A stretch of DNA of 62,949 nucleotides, the filler included, from Rhabdomonas costata (lineage: Eukaryota), in the NCBI GenBank assembly GCA_019059605.1. It is 47 parts of 47 records of this genome, joined end to end, with 100 filler letters (N's around TTAATTAATTAA, not from the genome) between each part and the next. Parts side by side here need not be neighbours in the genome. Positions count along the whole stretch, not along the records: positions 10,737 to 11,978 come from JAHMHO010022230.1; positions 12,079 to 13,320 come from JAHMHO010022231.1; positions 13,421 to 14,662 come from JAHMHO010022232.1; positions 14,763 to 16,004 come from JAHMHO010022233.1; positions 16,105 to 17,346 come from JAHMHO010022234.1; positions 17,447 to 18,690 come from JAHMHO010022235.1; positions 18,791 to 20,032 come from JAHMHO010022236.1; positions 20,133 to 21,374 come from JAHMHO010022237.1; 39 more parts are not named here. One strand, written 5' to 3'. Below are positions 11,569 through 23,127 of the stretch, piece by piece. The position numbers and the translations under genes were made by a program. Numbering within the stretch: position 1 is the first letter of the stretch; each line of letters starts with the position of its first letter. The notes under the pieces are model-generated. The model saw nothing but the letters and a program-made list of their open reading frames with translations, was not told the origin of the DNA and did not search any database.

Positions 11569-13463
11569 AGTACTATAATATCACGGTAGCGCCAGCATGG
11601 TACTTCTACAAAATCTTCAGAAAGGCAATTAAGTAGTAATATAGTAGTAGTAATATAAAAGCGCAATTGGAAAGGCATGTATCACAAATTGGACTGGTTC
11701 CTGCGAGCGGTACGCCCACATTGCCACACCTTGAGTCGTACCAGTGCTGCTGCTGGTGGTGGTGGTGGTGGTGGCATCTTGGTGCCTGTCGCTCTCAAGA
11801 AAAGCCCGTACGCCAAACAAAAGCACAGAAAACAGCCAAAGGGACATTGGCCCTTGATACCGGCGGCCACCGCCGCAATTACAGCGATGGTCTCAGAAAG
11901 AAGAGCCTGGCCACAAAGCGCAAGAAGCCCGAAGCAGAAGAACTACATAAGCAGCGAATGGTCGACAGCACCACAAAANNNNNNNNNNNNNNNNNNNNNN
12001 NNNNNNNNNNNNNNNNNNNNNNTTAATTAATTAANNNNNNNNNNNNNNNNNNNNNNNNNNNNNNNNNNNNNNNNNNNNGGGGGGGGGTTGGAAGAAGGCA
12101 GAGGCCGGGTTGCAGGCCCTAGTCCGTGGCAAGGCCGGACACCTGGAGAAGGTGTACCGGTTCTGCCTGGAGAACTATGTTCCCGTTTGAGCTGTGTGTG
12201 CCGTGCGGTTCATTTTGTTGCTGCATCAGCTTCCTGTGTTTGGGATGGGGAGTAATGTTGACGATTTGTGGGCGTGGTAATAGATTTTGAGTCGAAATCA
12301 GCCCTTTCTATCTTGTGCCGTGACGATCCAAGTTTGTGACAAATGCCCTGAGGTGTGGTGTGCGTGCAGTGAAAAGTGAAATGGCCACTGCAGCCCATGC
12401 GCTTCTCAGGAATCTCTCTCTGCCTTTAACTGATTTTTTGTTGAGGAGCACGAGCGTCACTGGACAATGGAAGTACCACTGAATGTTCTCGATCCCATTT
12501 GCGTTGCGTGAGTTGGGATCTGTTGGAGCTGGCATTATTTAGAAAGCCGTGGCGCAAGACTTGGCGCTGTCTGGGAGACTGTGGGTGACGCTTCTTCTTA
12601 TTCTTTTTCTCTGGCCACCACTGCTTCATCAGACTGGCGTCTGTCCGTGGTACACGCCTGTCCAACTCCCACGCATATTTTCATTGCACTGGTTTGCTCT
12701 GATGAATGATTGCATTTGTTTTGTAGGAGTGCTCAGCTTTCCTTGCTTATCTCGGTGCCATCACCGTCGCCATGCTCAGGCTTTTTCTGCATTCACTATT
12801 CGATTAGGTAAAATCCCGAAGAACGTCGTACGACACCGTGAGAATGACGTTCTTTGTAACGAGATTTGTCTTTTCACAACCCATCATGAACCCTGAAGCC
12901 TTCCTACGTTTACAAGCAGTGTTAATCAGAGAACGACCAAAGTAAGGTTGTCCGTTGTCTTGCGGCTGCTCAGTAGTGATGCTTCGCTCCCGGGGGGAAA
13001 AGGGGGCTTAACGGTTAAACTGAGCAACCGGCAATCCGGAACGGTCTTGTGGGATACCTCGGCGGCCGCGCGCTGCCGGTTCTGCAAACAAGGCGCGCCA
13101 CGGCCACCCATAGTCGACGCGGACTTCGTGCAACTGCCCACCTTTACTCGACCATCTGCCGACCGCGCGGCCGGGGCGCAACAAGTGCAATCCCAGGCCG
13201 CCACGCTTACGCGCACAAACCTGCCTTTCCGCCACGGGCATTCTTGCTGGCCCATTTCTCCCCCCAATTTGGCCGCGTCCTCCTTATCGGCATGAAAAAC
13301 GTGTTCCCAACACACCACAANNNNNNNNNNNNNNNNNNNNNNNNNNNNNNNNNNNNNNNNNNNNTTAATTAATTAANNNNNNNNNNNNNNNNNNNNNNNN
13401 NNNNNNNNNNNNNNNNNNNNTGTGGTTGTTCTGCGTGTGTGTGTGTGTGTGTGTTGTTTGCAG

Positions 13464-14586
13464 GCAACCTGATGTGGAGCCAAGTTAAGTGGCGTGGGAA
13501 GGCCTGCCCTTTTGCCTTGCCCGATGGCAGACTGGGGTGTGACTTTGTCTCATTCCGTTTCTGGGTCTTGGTTTGCAGTCAGTGCGCAATGTTGCAAAAT
13601 TACGGACCACGTAACCGACATCGGAACAAGGGAAGGAGACAGTCAGCTTGAGGGTAAGTGGGCAATTTTGGTGCGTGCTCCATGGTGTGCACCGAACTGG
13701 AAAATTGGCAGAATATGAATGCAGGGGCAACCAAAGGGGCAGTGAGGACGCTGGTCGAAGCTATTCAAGCGCTCTATCCTTCGGATTTGTTCAAACAAAA
13801 TGAAGGGGTGGGAGGTGTCAGTTGCTTAGCATTTTGTGAAATCATCCGCGGTGGACCGTTATCGCAACCGCCCGTCGTATTTGGATGTGGTGATCCAACA
13901 CCTCGAAGCCTCTCTGGACCATGGGCCACACGTTCACGTTACCTTCCGTAGAGAGCTGTGTGGGCACGTGTGCATTCCCTACGACAACAACCTGGTGGTG
14001 CACGGCGGGAAGCTGCAGGGATCGTTCAACTCCAGCACCTGGCTCTTCGACCTCAGTGCGTGTTTCCACCTTCGCATCACTCCCGTCTTCCTTCCGGTCA
14101 TCCCTAACATTACGAAATCGACATACAGCAATGACAACCCTAATCCAAGCTGTGGCGTTGCTACCTTCTCAAACGTGCTGGTAAGCAAACAACTGCATCA
14201 GTTCGGCAAGGTTTGCCTGTGCTTTAGATGGCGATGCAAAGGTATATCGCTTGCTGGTGGTTCAAACTGCAGTCTCTTTGAAGTCCCGCATCTACTTGTG
14301 TGCCTGCCCACATTTCTGCAAAGTGGGGTTGGGCTGTCTTCCCTCTGATGATGCCCTGTAGGTCTTTGCGATCTTCTTCCCAATCTTACCTCACGCTTTC
14401 TGAAGATGGCGTGTGCCTATGCGATTTTGGATGTGGACTAATGGCTTCCGCGTTTGCAATGGAGCATGACTTTTGGGGGTGGGCGGGGGTTAGGGAGCGA
14501 CACGTGGCACCCGCTGGGCAACCACAGCCAGGACGCGGTGGAGCCCTCCGTGCGGTGGAAGCACTGCGCCTCCGTCCTAACGGAAG
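13464..14586 (+). CDS. Kelch-repeat protein, partial exons
   Basis: Exon 13952-14055 (ELCGHVCIPYDNNLVVHGGKLQGSFNSSTWLFDL) splices in frame through GT-AG intron 14056-14493 to RSDTWHPLG...EPSVRWKHCA. This gives the GG, FD, W and P-x-x-R-x-x-H kelch motifs. A probable upstream exon starts at 13464 (NLMWSQVKWRGK) with an unresolved 3' end. Confidence 0.85.
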
Positions 14587-16284
14587 TTATTCCAACAAAA
14601 CCCATCCGGGTCCGCATCCCCCTTCTCTCCCCCCGTTACCATCTCAGCAGTCCAAAAAACACNNNNNNNNNNNNNNNNNNNNNNNNNNNNNNNNNNNNNN
14701 NNNNNNTTAATTAATTAANNNNNNNNNNNNNNNNNNNNNNNNNNNNNNNNNNNNNNNNNNNNAGGTGTACCCTGGTATACCATGGCCCAGCCGACCTATA
14801 GGCCGAGAGGGGGGTGTCCCCGGTGGTCCCCATCTGGCCCCCGATGACGACACATAGCGACCCCACATGTGTGTGGGGTCTCCGACAACTTCCGGTCATG
14901 TCATGAAGGCAGCATACGGTGAAAGTGATGGACACGTTTGCTTGCTCTGCTTCTGCTTCTGCTTTGCTTGCTTCTTATGAGAATCTCAGCCATCCACTCC
15001 GAGGCACGAAAAAAAAGGGGGGGCATCGACTCACTGATATCGAGGCAATGAGAGAAGGACAACACGGGGATTGCTAGCTTGCTTGCTAGCTTGTCGGTTT
15101 GGCTTTTATTTCTTCTTTCGTTTGTGCGCTACTCCCCTTCCCAAAACAACCAACTCTTTGAAATGAACGTGGCGGCACTCACCCCCCCCCCTAGCCACCT
15201 GTATTACCACCAGTCCCTCCCTGCTTTTTCCTCATGTGCTTTTAAGTTCCTGCTTGTGCTGTAAATTATTGCCTTTTCCTTTAGTGCAATCTGTGAACAT
15301 AGCTGATCTACTGCCTATTGTGACCCACTCGGACAAACACAAATCAAATCGAAAAACTTGGCAGACAGAATGGTGTCGGGGTCAGCAGTGAAAAGAGCAC
15401 GGCTGACACCTGCTGGTGCACCGCATTCAGGCCCTTCCCGTTCCAGTTCATCTTGGCAGCACTTGGTTGTGGTTGGGGCGCAGAGAGAAATGGAGAGTAA
15501 AAATAAAAACTGCAGAGAAATGAAGGCAATCAGAATGAAGGCAAACATGAGCAACTAATGCAAGAAAGCACGCCAAATTTGCACCCCCCCCCTCCCCAAA
15601 AACAAGCGAGTTCAAAAACGTGCTAAGGTACAAAGCAGTGCTGAGGAGTTTTGCAGGGATGCCTTCACTCGCCGTTCCCATCAGTCCCCATTTGTAAAAA
15701 GAACCCACAACACACAAAAATCCCAAATCTGATTGCACATGGGAGGATTTTCCACCTGACATCATAAGAAATCAGATGCAGAATGAGCTTCGCTTCTGAC
15801 CGCACCACAGGACAGCAGTGACAACAACCTCACTTCACACAAGTATTCTTGGGATACGTTTCCGAAGTAACTGTGTGATGTCCCTTGGCACAGCCGCGGC
15901 CGCCGCCGTGCAGAACCGGCAACCGTGGCGGTGGCGGCTAATTGGACGAGGGCCTATGCACCGGCTGAGCCTTCGTGCCTCGGCTCTCACTTCTTCTTCT
16001 TCTTNNNNNNNNNNNNNNNNNNNNNNNNNNNNNNNNNNNNNNNNNNNNTTAATTAATTAANNNNNNNNNNNNNNNNNNNNNNNNNNNNNNNNNNNNNNNN
16101 NNNNTTTCTCCCAGGTGCCCCAGGTCTTGGTGGCGCTCTGATTGTGATTTGTGCTCATTTGCAGACGGTCATCGCCATTCCAAAGCACAATGCCTTTCTT
16201 CCGCTCATTTTTTGCTTTTAAAAGGATCGGCTCATTTCATTGCAAATGACCGTCCGAGCGATTTTTTGTGTGTGGGATGTTTAG

Positions 16285-17317
16285 GTGGTAGTGTCTCACC
16301 CCTGCCTGGAGGCACTGCGGGCCTTCCTGGCCGCCGATCGCGTGGACTACGATGAGCACGAAGGAATTTTCTTGGAGGTCAGCCCTAGGACGAAGGTCCT
16401 GATGGGAGCCTTTGTGTGGAAAACTAACCGTGGGCAGGCCTGCGGAGGTAAGAACCCACCTCACCATTTCTGTCTCTATCTTTTCCTCTCCTATCTGCTC
16501 TACGCTTCACCTCTGTTCACCTGTCTCCCCAAACCGCGCACATCCCATCTCAGAGACTGTACCACTCCGCCAGGGTCGAAACGCCAGTCGCTCCAGAAGG
16601 GCATCAGATCATTCAGCTGCTCTTTTTTCACTCTAACTCACTCTCACTTCTTATACTCTTTTTGTCGCCGTCTTAGGTATCCGGCTGCGAGAGTACGCTT
16701 CGATGGAGGAGTATCTCCGCGACGGCATCCGGCTGGCAATCGGGATGGGCCGCAAGAACGCCGTGGCTGGGCTGTGGTGGGGCGGGGGCAAGGGAGTGGT
16801 GGCGGTTCCCCCGGCCGGCTCCGCTAGTAGCAGTGCCACCACAGGCGCCACCGCTGCCGCCCAACCCGCGCCGCACGCCGTGCTGGACCGCACCAGCCAG
16901 GCCCGAGTAGAGCTCTTCGAAGATTACGGCGTGGTACGGTGGTGGTCTGACCGTTTTTCGCTCTTACGGCATGCCGCAGACTGAAATCCTTGTGTTGAAT
17001 GCTCGTGGCTCCCGCCAAATGTGCTCAAGGTGTATGCCCTGACAGATTGCCTGCCGAGTTCTCTCCAGTGTTCGATGCGGAACCTGCTATATCCATTGCC
17101 AGTTATCAATTCGCTCTGTTATTCATACAGAGACGCGGAGAAGAGGAATGGCTGACCCGGGCTCCCTCCATTAGGATGTGCTTGCACTTTCGACAGTTCC
17201 TCACCTCGCTGAGAGGCTGCTACGTGGCTGCCGAGGACGCAGGGGTCACTGTGGCTGACGTGGACGTGGTCTTTAGCCGGTCTCGCTTCACCACTTGCGT
17301 GTCGCCCTCTCTTGGAG
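16285..17317 (+). CDS. Glu/Leu/Phe/Val dehydrogenase (leucine dehydrogenase-like), three exons, partial
   Basis: Exons 16285-16447, 16677-16933 and 17197-17317 with phase-compatible GT-AG introns. Motifs GGIRLREY, GMGRKNAVAGLWWGGGKGVV (catalytic Lys in GGGK) and GCYVAAEDAG. Confidence 0.93.
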
Positions 17318-18289
17318 GTCATCCCTGCCTTATCTGCCCAACACAANNNNNNNNNNNNNNNNNNNNNNNNNNNNNNNNNNNNNNNNNNNNTTAATTAATT
17401 AANNNNNNNNNNNNNNNNNNNNNNNNNNNNNNNNNNNNNNNNNNNNCTGTCTTGTCACGTAGGGTTGGTTTACCCCATGTGACCCCCGATCCACAGTGTA
17501 CGCGGGGCCTTGGGAACCCCGATTGGCGCGTTTAGAGATCTCTTTGTGGGTACCCAACTTTCCGCGCTCGTACTTCCCTTTAGGCGCTATTGCCCTTCTG
17601 GGTTTGGGTCCTCCATCCCACTCCGGTGGACGGGCATGGTAACCTTACTCTGTCCCTGCTGCCCATCTGGACCTCGCTTCTCTCCACTCTCCACTTGCCC
17701 GGGCATCCCTTCGTGCCTTGTGGGCCCTCCGTATTGCTTCCTCACTCCCTCTCTGATCTCCTGACACACATGGCGCCTTGGCGCGGTGTGCTGTGGCGTG
17801 TCCTTGTGCTGCTAGTTCTGCACACCTGTTGTTTTTTTGGCGCGTTCACGGTGCTGCTGTTCGTGCTGGACGACACGACGGGCATTGGGGTGAGAGTGAG
17901 CGCCGTGCCCATCCACACACACAAACACACAAACACACACAATGACAGACACACACACACCGGGGCAAGGAGAAACTTCCAGTGCCAACACAGAAGGGGG
18001 GTCGACAATCGACGCCTGGACGATGGTGCGGATCAACCTATTTCAAAAATAGCATCGGGCACGCACACTGAGCTGAATGTGAAGGGGAACAGGGCACCAA
18101 AACGACTCACGGTCTACCACGCTGGTCTCAATTGGGCGGAAGGGTGAAGACAAGAAGACTCTGACCCCACCCCCTACCAGGTCTTCCCCTGTGAAAAATG
18201 GGCGTCAGCAGGTGCTTCTAGTTGGGGACAGTTGCCTGAGTCTCGAGCAGTCGCGAAAAGCAAGATGATGGGTGAAAAAGGTGACATAG

Positions 18290-18320
<31 letters not shown>

Positions 18321-19042
18321 CAGCAGAGGCAGCAGCAGAGGCAGCAGCAGCAGTTCATGCATTCTCAGGTTGTGCGCTTTCCCGCCCACACCCTGTTCCT
18401 CATCGTGCACTTTCATCGGGAGGGGCGCAGCAGCAGCAGCAGCACAATCCCCTCAAAACACACACGAAAGCATGAATCCTCACATTCTCCCGTTCTCCTC
18501 CCGTTTTCTTATTGAAGTTTAAAAGTGCACCCATCGCATAGCCATCACCGGTTTTTGCCTGCTCAGGGGAACATACAAAAGAAAGGCAATCCGGGCGAAT
18601 GTTTTACTTTCAGCTGGCGGAACATCATCGCATTGCGGGAATTCCTTATCAATTTATTTAGAGTGGTGGTTACTCTCGAGTTACCCAAACNNNNNNNNNN
18701 NNNNNNNNNNNNNNNNNNNNNNNNNNNNNNNNNNTTAATTAATTAANNNNNNNNNNNNNNNNNNNNNNNNNNNNNNNNNNNNNNNNNNNNGGGGTTTGGT
18801 CATCAGGGTCATATGAAGTCTGTATGCTGTGCCTGAACGTGCTGTAGGGTTGAGGGCCCTCCACTGAGAATGGACGGTTCAGTCAATAAATGTACCGTTG
18901 CCTTCATGGCGAAAACACGGGCACAGGATGCATTTAAATGCCACTCTGCCCCAAACGAGCAAAAGGCTGATTCTTTGAATTCCGCAGTGGTGGGAGTTAA
19001 CGGGGGGCGGTTAGGGATGAGAGAAAGCGCGTCACAACCCAC

Positions 19043-19781
19043 GGCCATCTCGGGGTGCCCCTTCAACGCAATCGCGGGATCCGCCACAACGTCGGAGAGG
19101 CTGTTCCCCAGCGCCAGCACGGTGAGCGAGAGAATCACCTCGGAGAGGTTGAACATTATCCCCATTGCCTAAGGCCGACACGCGGAGCCCCGTTCCCCAA
19201 AAACACTGGCCAAACCTTCCCCATCCCATTGTCATCCCTGCTCTCTTAGCGCTAGACTTTCGAAAACTCAATTATAAAAAAAAAGTAGTTTCAGTCATAT
19301 CGGACTCAAGAAAAAGCGAGACACCCACTTTAAAGACCGCATATATGAAACCCCACTGCCCACTGGAAGGAGGCGAGCGACTCCCGGTCCCCACTGCGCA
19401 CACGCACACATTGAAAGAATGCCACTTTTGACAGGTGAGGTGCCAAATTTCTGCGGAGTCCGTTTCCTCACAACACAAAAAGTGCAGAAGCGGATGGCCT
19501 CACCTCATCAATGTTGCCCGCAGGGATCCGCAATTAGTAGACGGTAGTTAAGTAGGCGATCACAACAACGCAATGAGCGCTGGAAGCATTGCAGATGAGA
19601 AAGATCGCTTTGAGGCATTTGTGTTAGCTGTGCAGTTGGCGAAAAGCCGAATTGCCTTGACGAGCGGCTCGCAGCAGGAGGCAGAAACTGAGCCGTGGGG
19701 ACAGGGGATGTTTGACCTGCAGCACGTTGACCACCTCATTGGCCAGAAAGAAGATCCACACCACCGACATCACAAAGCAGC
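19043..19781 (-). CDS. Cation/Ca2+ exchanger (NCLX/CCX-type), alpha-2 repeat exons
   Basis: Exon 19781-19717 (GCFVMSVVWIFFLANEVVNVLQ) joined by a GT-AG intron to exon 19168-about 19043 (AMGIMFNLSEVILSLTVLALGNSLSDVVAD...GHPEMA). This matches the CCX alpha-2 signature LTVLAxGNSxxD. Confidence 0.88.
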
Positions 19782-19833
19782 CTGAATGAAGCAGATCCAC
19801 ACTACCGACATCACAAAGCACCTTGAATGAAGC
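19752..19833. repeat. 41-bp tandem duplication across an intron/exon boundary
   Basis: 19752-19792 and 19793-19833 differ at only about 3 positions. Confidence 0.92.
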
Positions 19834-21148
19834 ACAAGGCATTATCTGACCACCGGAAAAACCACTCCGAATTCGCGGCTCGCAGGCAAATACGTGGGCG
19901 AGATCCTGCAACACGAACAAGAATAGACGACCACGTTCAGATCGCCCGAGAAAAGGGGCAGACTCTTTCCCACTCGCAGGGGAGAACTTTCCGTCACCGA
20001 AGCATTTGGAGAAACTAAGGGCCCAACAAAAANNNNNNNNNNNNNNNNNNNNNNNNNNNNNNNNNNNNNNNNNNNNTTAATTAATTAANNNNNNNNNNNN
20101 NNNNNNNNNNNNNNNNNNNNNNNNNNNNNNNNTGTGTTAGATGTGTTTGGGTGTAAAGTGCACCCTCTGTCTCATCCTCTCTCTCGCCTTTGCAGAGGCC
20201 TCAGACGACGGGACGAGACAGAGGGTGCACACCTCTCCCAAGAATCAAAACAAAAAAGGGTGAAACTGAAAGTAACCAACGAACAAAACCCCTCACTCTT
20301 CTTGTATGGGCCACTTTAAAAATGAGTTTTCCTTTCCGATCAAGGAGGTTCACAACCCCGGAGAGAGACGGAAGAAGGGTGGGCGGGACAGAATCTTGAA
20401 GGAACCTGAAACTGTGGAGGCATTGCCGGTTGAAGAAGACTATTATCCAAACTCAGGATAGCCAGCAGTCGGCTCATTATAATAATCATAGCAGCCGTCG
20501 AACTACACCAGGCGAGGTTTTGCATTCGAGATCTCGAAATATTGTTGGAATATTGTTCGTGTTCCCATTGCGGGGGGCGGGCATTAACAATGCCAACCTT
20601 TAACTTTCAGGATTGATGCTAAGACCGCACGAGGTTCTTCTTAATAGCTGTTGCGGAGAAAGTGCTCCATGCTCTACCATCAATAACAAAAGCACAAAAT
20701 CGTCGATACAAAAAGCCAGCACAACGCTACTGACAATTTCACAACGTGCACATACACAGCGAGGGGGAGGGGGATGTTGGATATTTTATCTCATACTCTC
20801 ACTCTTCTCTCACTGATGCAATAGGTGTCCAAGAAAGGGGCACGTTGTCTCGTCGACATTCTGACCACAGTAGCATGGGGAGAGGCTCTGCGGAGGTCCG
20901 CACTCATCTACCGATTTGGTGATTCTGACGGAGACCAGAGGGCTCTGCGAAGCCCAACAGGAGCGTCGGTGTCGTCCGAGAGAAGAACATATCGGAAAAA
21001 ATTGAACTCACACCCAATTGTGCGGCGAAGAAAGCTCAGGGAAGGACGAGCACAAATGGCGTCCCCAACTCCAACGTCGCTCACCGACGGGATATGCTCG
21101 CCAGCGGAACTTGAGGAAAGATCCACGTCCCCGCATTCAGCTTCGATG

Positions 21149-21341
21149 CTTGATGACCATGTCTGCACTGCCGCTGACAATGTGCTTACCATCCGGTATA
21201 ATAGCCAACGACGAAATGCCACCGGCACGTCCTTCAAAAGTGCGCACCACCTTCCGGTATCCACGCTGATCAGCGTGATGGTCTTGCCAAGGCAAAGGCA
21301 AGGTGTTTCCCATCTGAGGACTTTGCAAGGACATGGGGAGC
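21149..21341 (-). pseudogene. WD40-repeat fragment with two frameshifts
   Basis: LAKSSDGKHLAFAL / KTITLISVDTG / VVRTFEGRAGGISSLAIIPDGKHIVSGSADMVIK lie in three successive frames, with shifts near 21287 and 21252. The conserved GH reads GR. Confidence 0.7.
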
Positions 21342-22944
21342 ACCCGCGATTTCCTTGAGAGCGCTCCACCAACCNNNNNNNNNNNNNNNNNNNNNNNNNN
21401 NNNNNNNNNNNNNNNNNNTTAATTAATTAANNNNNNNNNNNNNNNNNNNNNNNNNNNNNNNNNNNNNNNNNNNNGGGGGTTGGTTGTAAATTGGCTGGTA
21501 TTTTTGATTTCCACCGATAGGACATCAAACCGTGGAAAGCGTTCTGTGGATGATGATCCATTTCCGCAGCGGATAAAACACAGGGCGATTTTGGGCCCCT
21601 TTGCTGGGCGCCCGCCCCTATATGCCCATGTTTCTTCATGGCGGCGTGTAGTGGTTGTCATTTTTCACGAGAGAAGGTAATAATTGACGTTGGCACCTTT
21701 CGGGTCATTCCCCCAGCAAACGGGCGATTTGTAGTTATGAAACCTAGTGGGCGGCTGTGCTATGAATTGTTTTTTCTTTTAAAAAAATGCCAGACCTGGT
21801 TCAGGGATTGGCTCATAAAATCTTCCAATCGGTTTGGGACTCCCCGTAAAATGGAATCCGCGGGCCAACTACGCGGTGTCCACCGTCACGACCGTGTTCC
21901 ACTGACCCCAGGCACGCCGTTGCAAACAAGCCCGATCCAACGCGCCGATCAACCCAATAATCTGTCGCAGTTGAGAGAACGGAAACCACGGCCTTTACCG
22001 CGGTGGGTGGGCAGGTTTACGACCTTTTCGCGCCTTTCCCGGTTTGCAGGCAACCGCTGATTGTAGTCAAGCGCGTCTGATTATTTTCATTGTTTGGGTG
22101 TTGATGATTAATGAGCAGAATCTCATCTCTATCCCACTGTGCCATTGATCACTGATCATTGAATAGTTGAATAAGCATTAATATTGTGGGCAAGCCGAAA
22201 ACTCGGACATCAGTTTCGAGACATTGGCAGCGCTGAAATCAATAAGTGTGTGTGGGCATGCTGTTCGCATCAAAAATGCTCGAAGGTTCCGTTTTTCAGA
22301 CAGCAAGGACTTTCGCTAACTCTTACTGAAATTAAGCAGTGGCTCAACCACCGCTTGCAATTCACTAAAGGTTCTTACTGTGCTGGCGCAGTTGGGCGGG
22401 GTGGGGCAGGCGTGACCCCCCGCTCGGCGCACCACCGCCGATAGTCTGCTTCGGTGTTCCCCATCCCCGTCGCCAGTTTTAGACTGACATCGGCTTGAAG
22501 TGCCTGCACGGCACTGCTGAGGGCGCGAGACGCACCTTCGGGCCCACTGAACCAAACCCGCGCTATAGATACCCCTGAGGAAACAACAAGACAGTCGCAA
22601 GCGCATGAAGTTCAGCAAAGGGACGCTGAAAGGAGTAAAATATCATCCAACCATAAAATATCCTCAAACTAAAAATGCAGCAACACCAGAAATTAGAAAG
22701 AGTGATTCTTCAAACANNNNNNNNNNNNNNNNNNNNNNNNNNNNNNNNNNNNNNNNNNNNTTAATTAATTAANNNNNNNNNNNNNNNNNNNNNNNNNNNN
22801 NNNNNNNNNNNNNNNNGTTTTTTGTGTATTTTACATTATTATTTGTCAACTTTTTCGATGCGGTTAAAATTTAACGTGGTTTTACATTGTACCGCAGTAT
22901 AGAAGAGCCCTAACGAGGGGTCGGAGGACCACAGCTGAAGCAAC

Positions 22945-23127
22945 CTGATGCAGAAGCACCTCGGCGTCGGAGTCCAGGAGCTGGCCGTGGCGGGTGAGCT
23001 GCTGCAGGGTGGCGCGGCAGCAGTTCAGGACCAGCCGGGTGGCGTTGGCCGTCTTCACGGCCAGCGTGACCTCGGCGTGGTTGTGCAGCAGCGGGAGCAT
23101 CGCGGAGCGCATCGTGGCGATGGCCAC
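22945..23127 (-). CDS. Exon of a SOS1/SLC9C-like Na+/H+ antiporter cytoplasmic region
   Basis: HAEVTLAVKTANATRLVLNCCRATLQQLTRHGQLLDSDAEVL resembles the conserved VKT...VLN...L...GLL..E segment of SOS1/sperm NHE. Flanked by an AG and a GT donor at 22944. Confidence 0.6.
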
